A stretch of DNA of 64,000 bases from Diadema antillarum (lineage: Eukaryota), in NCBI RefSeq assembly GCF_040938485.1, contig NW_027271795.1, positions 372,001-436,000 on the forward strand. The letters run 5' to 3'. Shown here piece by piece: positions 12,116-22,732 of the stretch (its first letter is position 1; each line of letters begins with the position of its first letter). The notes under the pieces were generated by a model. The model saw nothing but the letters and a program-made list of their open reading frames with translations, had not been told where the DNA came from and ran no database searches. The position numbers were made by a program, and so were the translations under genes.

Positions 12116-14480
12116 GTTAATGCAGTCATGAATAAGCATGCTACATGTATGTGGATGCTATCTTGGTCTCATTCCAGAATAAGCATGGTCAATTTAATTT
12201 TACAACATAACAACTTTCCACCAAAGTCATGCCAAGTACGAGAGTTATATTCACATTCTAGCCTTGTATGACACCCATTACCTCATTAGCCCTACTTCCT
12301 TATTTTCTTTCTGTTGCAATATTTGGTTTCCAGACTACAGATTATAAATGGGTATGACATAATGACCCTAATGTTGTAGTCAAAGTGAACTAATAGGCTA
12401 CGACACTTTCAAAGTAACAGTAACCTGCACATATTCCTACATTGGTTTGTGAGGCTAAAAGATTCTTAAATGGATGGTGTTTAATGTTGATCATTACTTT
12501 TCTGTTGTGTTGGAGCATAGCTTATTTATCCTCTTTATCTAGCCCACTTTGAAGCTGGTGGATTGCTGTAGTTTCAGTTGACTGCAGTTTTCACAAGTTC
12601 ATGTGGCCAGTTCTGTCAGAAATCACACAAAATACAAATATTGTTTTTGAGAGAATTGTCTCAGGTATCCAAAGGTGAGAATTCAAAAGAAAAAAAATAT
12701 GCCTAACATATTTCTAAATACATCACTGGTCACATATCCTAATGCAACATGGCAACATCCACCCAAGTAGCCAAAATGACAACTGATAAATGCAATTCAA
12801 ATTGGAAACAAACATGGTTTGTTTTTTCCTATTTTGCTACTTTTTCTTTTGTCGACAGTGATCATGAATTTCATCGTAACCGAGAATATACTGCAACATG
12901 GGCAGGTGATACATGGTGCCTGCCTGTCTACACCAGAACCATTGATGTAAATATCAAGGAAACATTCATCCTGTTTTCTGGGTCTCAGGATTAACAAGGG
13001 ATAACTGATATCCACTCTCTCCCACCATGACTACATGAAATTAGTCTCTACAGAAAATCTTATTATAAACTTCACCCCCTGTAAAAACCTGAAATAAAAC
13101 AATAGTGGCAGTCTGCACTCGAAGGGCTAAGGTGTACAAACAATAAGACCATGTTAATAAATCTAGGTCTGTTGTGTATCAAGTCTATAAGAAATTTCCA
13201 TGATCTCTGCAACAATGGCTAAGCCATACATATTTGAATCTAGATCTGTTGCTGCCATGTCTGAAATATTGAATGTTTTTAGACTTTCAATATTAATGAT
13301 ATCAATAGATTGATCTGCAACCCGTATGGAAACACCCACTAGTGCATCTGTGTTTGTGTGATGTGTGGTATCTCACCCTTTAAACAAAGGCCAATCAGCC
13401 ATTTGTTTGTGTACTGCCACCGTAGTTCCGTCCCAGCAGTGTGCACATACCTCGGGTGCCTGGCTTGTCCAATAATTGTCCATGCATATGTTTCATGTGA
13501 TGCTGGGAAAACAGCGGCCGCGCGTCAAGGATTGCACAGCCGGCATAAGGCATACCACTCCTCAATGATTTTGGTGTTACAGGCACAAGACCCCGGCAAG
13601 CAAACAATCAAACAACTTTAATGAGTGGCTGTATCATTGCTCTATTGACACAGAGACTAGAACTAAAAGATAAGACCAAAGAGCATACAGTGTCTCCTGT
13701 GTGATGGAATATGCTATTTTTCGAGCAAAGAAGTGTCTTTTTTTCATCTCTTTGATAGCAAGTCCATCTCCCATTTTAGATTACTTTTTCTGTACTTCCC
13801 AAGAAAAGAAAAAAACCCTTGGATGAAAGCCAATTACAGCAGGCATAAAGACTTTTGCCTAACTTCCATGTGTGCATGTGTAAGATGGAGCATACTTCAA
13901 GTCAAGAGTGCATGACAAGAAACAGGCAAGACTGTTCAGCTAGAAGACATCATAGCTTTGTGCGCTCCTCATTCAAAAAGATATATTCAGCATACTAGGC
14001 ATCAATGCTGACAGCATCTTCATATTTTCACGATACAACACAAACCCTTCAATATTCACCAACATTTGTTTCCTCTTTTGAGCCATGCTTTACAAGTTAA
14101 TTTGAAACCTGAATAAGCACCTCTTTTCTTTCTTTTTTTCCAGTTTGTTCCTTCTCCAATCTGAATTCTTTGCACAGAGTTTTATTATATCACACGGAAA
14201 TAATATAAGGAACAGATATTCAGATTTATTCATATAGACACAGGGATTTATAAGGGCCAGACAAAATGGTGCCAACATTTCTTGGGCACACACACAAGAA
14301 GGTGAATGATAGCAAAGGTTGAGTCACCCTAACAGAAAGATTTGACCTAAGTTACATCACAACATGAACGATCACTGTCCAAGTATTTGTTTTCTGTGAT
14401 CATTTCAGGTAATGCATACTAAAGCCAATCATAGATCAATAGACAATCTTATGAAAGCTTATTCCCCAGTTTATCAGATA

Positions 14481-14722
14481 CTGTATTATGCCATATATCT
14501 AGCAAGTCTAATTTTTCGTGAATCGGGACTTCCTGGCAATTTCATGAGCGGTTAAATTTGTGATTATGGAGCACAACACTGAACAGAGAAATGTATGCAT
14601 GCATGTCACGTCCATGTTGGGATCAGAGTTGATATTTTCACATGTTTTTGAATTCGCAAAGAGCACTCGACTCACGAAATTCACAAAAATAAATACCTTG
14701 CAAATTACTAGTATTCAACATT
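14481..14722. mobile_element. Degenerate TACTGTA-type MITE
   Basis: Starts TA|CTGTATT; carries TTTTTCGTGAA/TTCGCAAA motifs like the other TACTGTA elements; decayed right end. Confidence 0.45.
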
Positions 14723-14796
14723 TACACCACGTCATACATGTACATGCTTCTTTGGTTATCCTTTGATTGACACTGGAATGTTCAAAATAAAGTTGT

Positions 14797-14955
14797 TATG
14801 GCATAGTAAATAATACCAAGGACTATCAACCAAGAGGCCCCGATCCAAGTCTCCTGGCTACAGAGTGGTCATGCCCCTAAGGCAAGGCCCTACATTCTCA
14901 TTGAAGCAATGTCCTTTAAAGGGGACTCAGAGCCGCCATCCCGTGGTTCAAACAT
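14797..14955 (+). mobile_element. Degenerate tRNA-derived SINE fragment
   Basis: A-box-like TATGGCATAGT, tRNA-like GGACTATCAACCAAGAGGCCCCGATCCAAGTC, then GCCCCTAAGGCAAGGC. Confidence 0.45.
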
Positions 14956-15042
14956 TCATTACTTCCTTTGTCGCTATATAAAAAGAATGTCACACAAATC
15001 ATAAAATGACATCATAGCTATGCACAACCATAGGGTCCTTAC

Positions 15043-15306
15043 CTGTTTCTCATCCTTCACGCTGCTCCTGGGGGTGACGATGTGCTCCGTGTAACACCCC
15101 TCAACAAAGATGAGGCCTAGGGGTCGGCTCGCCGTCTCATTCTCAAAGTAGAAGAGGAGATTCTGGTAGAGAGCAAACCATCTCTGCTTCCATTTGCTCA
15201 TGTCAGAGCTCTTCTTTTGGAGGTTCCCCGCGATGGTGAAGTCTGTCCTGGCACGGCTGGCCAGCAGTAGCAGCTGGCAGTCATCCAGACGGACCCCTTT
15301 CTGCAT
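15043..15306 (-). CDS. RASGRF1: Ras-specific guanine nucleotide-releasing factor (RasGRF1/2-like), first coding exon, N-terminal PH domain; gene continues beyond the left edge
   Basis: Translation MQKGVRLDDCQLLLLASRARTDFTIAGNLQKKSSDMSKWKQRWFALYQNLLFYFENETASRPLGLIFVEGC...KDEKQ (88 aa) matches the RasGRF N-terminus (MQKAIRL...KW..KWFALLQNLLFYFE...SRPSGL..LEGC). Phase-0 donor CAG|GTAAGG at 15043/15042; acceptor tttgtag| at 15330. No downstream RasGRF exon recognised in 1-15042. Confidence 0.92.
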
Positions 15307-16560
15307 GGCTATAGAACTCACTTGGAATGCTACAAATCAAAGGAAATCAAGACAAAACATCAATATTCTTATCAACTGTCAGTCATACTTTCTCATTGTT
15401 AAAAACTCACATCACTCGACAGATGATGATATTAAGGTAAGATCTATACTGTGAATTGCCTTAATCAGTGACTTTTGAAAAAAGGACACATTACACTATG
15501 TATACATATATGGTTGTCTAGAAAGTTAGATCTTTGGCTTGCATTCTATACTTGCTCTCTTGTAATCCCTTCAATACTGGGATTGTTTGGCTTATTTCAA
15601 TTCATGTCAAATGTTTAAACATAGCTAGAAGTCACACTCTGAACTACTACATTCAACAAACCATATAAATTTATAAACAACAGATAATAATGAATTGTAT
15701 CCAGTGGAAAAAGATTCTTAGAGACATTCATTCACTTTCAGATATATGAAGTAAAGGCAATTACCATTCCAAAATTTCATCCACCGAGAGAAACAAATAG
15801 TTTTTAAGTGACTTATAATTTCAGATATGAAAATAAGTAAAAGAGTAGAACAATTTGAATACGAAAACCATCACAAAATGGGTCAAATTAAACCAATGTT
15901 TGTTGTCATTTTTTTTTCCACACAAACCTGATCAGATTGTTGCATATTGGGACATCGTCCTGACTTCAGATTGATCTAATAGAATATCCCAAATGTTTCC
16001 TCGTTTTCAGTATGTATCCGCTTGTGCTTCCAATCAGATGTCTTTTACATTGGCAATGCACAACTCCCAACACAGAACCACAACAACCAGCGGTGGCAAG
16101 CAACACGTCTGAATAAAATACTCCAGTGACAAATTACGTAGATTAGCCGAGTACGTCGGCCCAGTGATTCACAGACTCGCCCGTAAATCAGCTGGTTCAA
16201 TCTCAGCCTTCAGCGCAAGAATCTTATCGATCTCCTCTCTCCCGGGTTTCGCACGTTTCCGATGTTTCGTCGCACTTGCCAAGAGTCTAACGTTACAAAG
16301 ATAGTCGGCGATAGTTTGGATAACGAAATGAAATAGTTTGGGAAGATCCGTGGAGTCTCATCTTGTCCATATCTGCCCCGTTGCCCTTGACAACTTTGCA
16401 GTTGTAAGTGGGACCATCAATACGGAGGCAATCCCGGTTGAAACAACGGCTGGATGGAGAGGAGGTGCAGCTAACGAAACAGGTGCATGACCCGTCGTCA
16501 GGTGCGTGTGAGAGAACATGCACTCGTAACGTGGGTCTCCAATGCAGGACCTCCAGCACA

Positions 16561-16640
16561 TACACACACGGGCACATACATCAAACACGCATACACACAT
16601 ACACACACACACACACACACGTATTTTGATCACACACACC
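16561..16640. repeat. (CA)n microsatellite
   Basis: Direct inspection. Confidence 0.9.
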
Positions 16641-18165
16641 AGATACATAAGAGCACAAGCTTGACGCCAGGGACCCTAATAAGTTGGCGCTATTCAATTG
16701 ATCTGGGACGGTCGCTTGTGCACACGAAAAAATGGTTCTATATCTTCTGCTGATGAAATTGCGACGGTTTTGCGCGTTTCGTCCCTTTTTTCACTACCAC
16801 TGGATTCCCCGGAACCTCATAGCAGATATTCATATGGCAGTGAAAATGGGTCAATTTTAGAGGACTTTCGTGTGTTCTTTTTCTTTTTTTCTAACAGACA
16901 TGACTTATGACATGACTTAGATTTTAAGCTATCTAGGATTTTTTCTTTCTGCATGCATGCATGGTCGATAATCGATATCTCCACTGTTACCAATACGTGA
17001 CTGCAGTCTAACATTTTCGTGTTAGCGATATCAGCCGGTATTATAGAATTTTCTCTAAACTTTCAAGTGTTTGATAAGTGCATTCTGTTTGCCTTTTTAT
17101 AAGATGTATTCTCTTCTAAGCTATTTCCATCGTAATTAAACCATCAATACATATAAAAATCATCCGCATATCCTATGTGTTCACCAATATAAAAAGAACA
17201 AAAAAATGAAATGAAGGTCATAATAGTTCTAGTGAATTTGACGGTGTATTGAAATAGTGCATGTTTAAGCCTGACAATAGAGTATCATCTTATGAGTATA
17301 ATTTCTATTATACCAGATGAAGTATTACTACTCCACTAAAAGAAAGAAAGGTAAGGGCGAATGGTCAGTCAAATCATGTTCCTGACTTCAAAGGCTATTC
17401 AATTCATTTCAAACTTTATTTTCACATTTTTTCAACAGAATGTACAAAGAAATATATGAAATTTGACATGCATTATATCGAATGATACACAGGCAGCAAA
17501 GAATAACAACATATTCTCGATCAGTATACAAAAAGAGGCCTATGGTATTATATACAAACATTTATACAATATTATACTCTTTGAAAAAACTATATAGGCT
17601 ATATGCCTAGGCTATATTATGCATGCCTTTCTTCATCTCACATGAACGGTTGTATATTCTATTCAAAATGGCTTTGATACATAAACTAAAGAAGTGTATA
17701 CATACAGGTTAAAACTTTATGACAAGGTTTATTACTGACAACACAAACCTTCCCGAGGCTTGCCCGACAAAGCAACAACGAATGCATGAAAACTATAGAT
17801 TCCAAGTATGTACACTGAAATGTGTGGATTTGATGTATGTACAGATACTGGATGGAACAATATTGTTCCTCAGAGGAAAATAGCTATATAATAGATTTGT
17901 ATAAATTGATATAAACCTGCATCTAATATGAAAGCATTTCGATGTAATTCGTTTAGTCCCATTTGCATGGGTACTAATGTATGATAGCAGCAGGTTAGCA
18001 AGCGTTTTGATTGCCATAACCCTAAACTGTTGTAAATAAGTAACATAATGCATGAATATTGATATTGTTGGTAGGTTGGTCTATAAAGCTTCCCAATCCT
18101 ACAAACACACAGAAACCCTCAGACATATTTTCATGTTCTATATTGAAGATAGTGCACTCAGTCAG

Positions 18166-18684
18166 AATAAGCCACTTTGGAGTTAGTTCCTGGGAACATT
18201 GGTACGAACGACCTTTTGTTTTTCTCAGTCGGTTAGGGGCACTTCACTGGTTTTCAGGGCGACAAATGCATAGGCTTTATACGAAACAATATTTACGGGA
18301 TTCATTATTCCTGTTCAAGCAAAGAATGAACTTGCGTAGACCAGATGACCAGAATGATCCGTCAATTAACAATTGGGAAAACATAAATTTCATTATTTTG
18401 CATTGAATATAATAATTATATTAATAGTCTCTTTCTATTAATATTGCCAAATACCATTTTTGTTTCAGGTGGATGTGCTGGCAAGCAGCATTTATAAGGA
18501 TTACATGAATAATAATTACATCACAGATGCTTATCCCAGTGAATTTAAAAACCAAGATGCCTGTTGGTACGAATGACCTTTCTCCTGCTCATCGTAGTAT
18601 GCGCAAAGTGGAACTGCGAACTGGCTTATTGGTACGAATGACCTTTCTCTGCTCATGCGCAGTGGAACTGCGAACTGGCTTATT
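18166..18684. mobile_element. Unclassified TIR element (AATAAGCCA ends) with a duplicated right end
   Basis: AATAAGCCA...GTTCC at 18166; its inverse GGAAC...TGGCTTATT occurs twice (ending 18630 and 18684). Confidence 0.5.
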
Positions 18685-18885
18685 GCATAGCCTGCGTGTA
18701 TGACAGATCGTATATTGATTATGCATGAATGAAGCATCACAATGTAGTCAGATTTTGTGGAAATTTGAATGAACTCTTTACTAGTTTTATACCGTGGCCA
18801 TTGCACGCTAGATACAAACACACGCAAGCATGGTTATGCATAGGTTCACAATCCTTAATGACGTTGTGTCTTTTTAAGATACCTG

Positions 18886-19054
18886 GGCCCTGTTTCATAA
18901 AGCTGTTCGTAAAGTTACGAACATCTTACGAGCGACTGGTGATCAGTTCTTGTGCTGAATTATGGAAATTCTAATAAGTATAGCACATCAGAACTGATCA
19001 CCAGTCGCTCGTAAGTTGTTCGTAACTTTACGAACAGCTTTATGAAACAGGGCC
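18886..19054. mobile_element. 169-bp PIF/Harbinger-group MITE, CTG (CWG) target duplication
   Basis: ~65-bp TIR GGCCCTGTTTCATAAAGCTGTTCGTAAAG... with 1 mismatch; CTG at 18883-18885 and 19055-19057. Confidence 0.88.
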
Positions 19055-19587
19055 CTGGTGATATTGCCTACATTATTGACAGTAATATAAGATGAAATAA
19101 GGCTTAAGTATCCTTCAAAATGATAAATATCACTGATCGCTGAGAATTGTGATAAAATGATTATGTTGATGATACTTGACAATGTCCAACTATACTTCAC
19201 CAACGTCCATACTGTCATCTGTAAGTGATATTTTCTTTAAAAAACAGTGATCGCAGCTTTGAAATAATGACATTTCCACTTAGAGAGCGAAGAGGAGAGA
19301 TAACTTAACATAATGAGGAACATCGATTTTACCAATGACCCTTCAGTTTCATTTTGTGACGTATTAATAGGGGTAATTATATTAATTCCGTAAAGTGGAT
19401 TCTTAATTCTGCACAAGATTTGGAGCTGCCAAAATAGGGTACCGAAGTGATGATGTCACAGTCTTTATAGTTTGGATGAAACAAAATGAGCGCATTTAAA
19501 CACTCGGGGCAGTTTTCGGATTTGACTGAAGGTTATGGGGTAAAAATGTGACACTATTTCTTCTACGTGACGATGAGTATAAGTCCT

Positions 19588-19589
<2 letters not shown>

Positions 19590-19643
<54 letters not shown>

Positions 19644-19652
19644 GTGTGTGTG
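19590..19652. repeat. (TG)n microsatellite
   Basis: Direct inspection. Confidence 0.95.
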
Positions 19653-20202
19653 CTTGCTTGTGTATTTTCTTGTGCCTCTGTGTTTCGTCGTTTGCGTAAT
19701 CTGTGCATGTTACTGTTGTTATTGTTTTTTTAAAGACCAGTGCTGCAATTTGGCCACAGTATACATTTTGTGATTGTGTAATACATAGCATTTAGAGATT
19801 TTGTGTATACGTAAATTCGTTCAAAATTCATTTTCAGTTAATTTTGGTGTCAGTCTCCTCAATAAGTGTAAGAGCGCATGGGCGCGACAGGTTACTATCA
19901 ATCAACCAAGTGGCGAGAGTAATACCGTATGGATATTCAGTGAGGAAATTTGATCTTGCGGTAACAATGATAACAATATCACTGACACTTGATACTCGAA
20001 TGTCAAGATTTACAGACATACCAAAACAAAAGAAGAGTATAGGAATGCTTGGATTTGATTTTATTTTTCGATACCTTTTTTTTTATACAGCCTCTAAAAG
20101 AGAGTATAATGCAAAAAATCAAAAATCAAAAAAGTAGCTCACAACTCTCATCATTTTATTTTTCCCAACAAAAGTATTGTTCACGTCGAAGTTATTTTGG
20201 AA

Positions 20203-20213
20203 AGAGAGAGAGG

Positions 20214-20240
<27 letters not shown>
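20203..20240. repeat. (GA)n microsatellite
   Basis: Direct inspection. Confidence 0.9.
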
Positions 20241-20251
<11 letters not shown>

Positions 20252-20845
20252 CAAAGAACAGAGAATGCATAGTGATCAGGGAGTAATAAAGTAACACAAC
20301 ATGTCAAAGAAGGAGAAAATTAATAGAGACAATTCAACCAGGGAGGTGAAAGCGACTCTTTCCACCTCTCTGATTCAACATTCTCAATTCAACAAAATGT
20401 GACACGCCATCTATTGGTATAAAACAGGTCGATGTTTACCTGTTCCAGCCACAGAACTCAACAGCCACGCAGTAGTTCCAGCAACGGCTGGTTTATGATG
20501 AGTGGGTCACGCATGGTTGCACTTAGTGGGCGTTAACCCAATACCTGCATTTTATTGGTTGCTTTAAGGGTGTGTGTCGCAGCCCGAGCCCGAGACTAGT
20601 ATACACTTGTACTTGAGGTCGTGTCAGGAAGCTGTACCACGAGAACTGAACCACTGTATATCATCCGATTTTCGTTTTACATCCGTAGTGCGGAGGTCAA
20701 TACACATGATTTAATTCTACGTCTTACAGAAAACATTGTAAATTTGTATAGAATGATAAGCCACCCTCTTCTTTTTCTTTATTTCTTTTAAACAGGAATC
20801 ACATTTGCGCTCGCAATCATAGACGAGTTCACTGTCACATCATTA

Positions 20846-20847
<2 letters not shown>

Positions 20848-20894
<47 letters not shown>
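20848..20894. repeat. (TG)n microsatellite
   Basis: Direct inspection. Confidence 0.95.
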
Positions 20895-20900
<6 letters not shown>

Positions 20901-22304
20901 AAATACTCTTCCTGACAACCAGAAAACGTCCGGCTTTGCCGGTAAAAGATACACTGAAAGCATACAGGCGGGTGGCATAACTTGCCACTAGGTCCTTATT
21001 CGGGAGCAACAAACAAACAAACAAACAAGCAATCAAACAAACAATTTTTTAAAGCAAAAGCAAATGAACAACATCCATATTTTACGCAGTAATAAATATG
21101 TGAGTTAGTGCCCTCTTAACATTTCAATATATACATTTCGATATCTGTATGCATTGTATTTAAACAGGCCTAGACTTTTACACATGGTTTACATGGCACT
21201 CATTATTTGACAAGTTCGTTCTACATCGATAAGTTTGGACTGTATGACTATGAGCGAAAATACTACGTCGTGATGTAGAGTTCTTTGTGAATGCGTGAAA
21301 TTAGATGGTAGTACAATGTCATGTATAGTCAAAACAGAGCACACGAAAAATATGTAGGCTATAATATTCGATGATGCGGGAGATGATGAAGTCCGAGCGC
21401 GGGAAGGCAATAACATTCACTATATCACAAGGAAAAACAAACAACTACAAATTCAACGCACCAAAGCAAATAAACATTGCTATAGGCCTACGAAATCACA
21501 CTTCGAACGAGTCAGTCATAGGCATGAATAAGAGAATTCAGATATTTCTCTAACGTCTCCCTTTAATCCTGTACCATTAAAATTAATTTCTGTCTCACCA
21601 TGCCTAACCTATGGCATCATATCTCATCAAACAATACGTTTTCATCAACTTTGTTGAATAACTTAGGAAGGAATCGGCAGGTAAAATGAAATCAGATTTG
21701 AGGAAGAACAAGTGGATCTGGATTCGTTTTCTTCAAGAGCATTGCAGAGACCACCCCGAACAAAGGGGGTACAAAGATGACGCTGTGAAAACGCCCAAGC
21801 CAGAAACAAACAGTCCCAAGCACCCGCACTGGAGGTAAGCTAGTCGTTATCAAAGCGTTTTATTATATTTGTTTCCATATTAGGGTGTTTTTCCAAATCT
21901 AGAATTAGTTTTTACAAGAATTTATTAATATTTTTCGTTACAATTTTAATATCAAAATAATGGTGAAATTAAATATGATTGCTCATTTGTTTAATTCATA
22001 GAATTCGAATAAGCGCAAGACCTTGTCTCGTTTTCTCCATTGTGTCAACACGTGAATCGGAACGTGCAATTTAGCACTGTTCAACGCAGTGTTCGAGCAG
22101 TCGTACCTACACGTTGGAGCTATTCAACACAAACTGAGCATGTCAACAATCGAGGGCTCGCTTGCGCTTGACCATTATGCATCGACTAGTGATGTCCGGT
22201 TGACCAAAACAACATTGGGGTAGTGTGATATTGCTGTTACTTTGAGATAAAGCGTTGACGCCATGAGCTAGGTTGTAAACGATCGCATTATTTCCTCAGC
22301 GAAC

Positions 22305-22732
22305 ATGGCAGCAGCTACTATTTTCTCAGCATTTCGAACGAAGAAGTTGTCGTTCTCATCGTGGCCATGGAAGGCCAGCTGTAATATCCGCCGGAGTGCG
22401 AGCAGTGGATCTACTGGCACTGCCACTGGAGATGTTCTCAATGTTTCAATGCGAACGACTGCTCTCCCAAGAATCGTTTGCAGTGTTGACATCAATCATG
22501 GAAATACTCGATTGATGAGGTGCAACGACTTTGCTATCAACCCACGGTTGAATGAGAATACTTTCGATGGCATTTTGTGTCGAAGATTTTCCAGTTCCTC
22601 GATTTTATCGAGAAGAATGAGAGGCTTGAATGCGGAGGAGGAGAGTGCCATCGAGAGGAAATTTTCCGACCCAATGAACAAGTATTTCGACTATGAAGAT
22701 GTTGCGAACAATTCACTTGAAGAAATTGCAAG
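22305..22732 (+). CDS. NGRN: NGRN coding exon 1 (Arg/Ser-rich, acid-free N-terminus resembling a mitochondrial presequence)
   Basis: 428-nt open frame from AACATGG ending at AG|GTGAGA, in phase with exon 2. Confidence 0.8.

Noticed and set aside
14797-14870. tRNA-like sequence
   Set aside because: B-box and acceptor stem are degenerate and it continues into a SINE body; not an intact tRNA.
18564-18684. Short repeats with differing middles (also 43800-43860), superficially CRISPR-like
   Set aside because: Only two units, no unique regular spacers, no cas genes, eukaryotic context, and explained by transposon arms.
16358-20049. ORF-track peptides rich in HT/CV repeats (e.g. 16358..16648, 16487..16753, 19465..19791, 19548..19773)
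   Set aside because: They are translations of (CA)n/(TG)n microsatellites.
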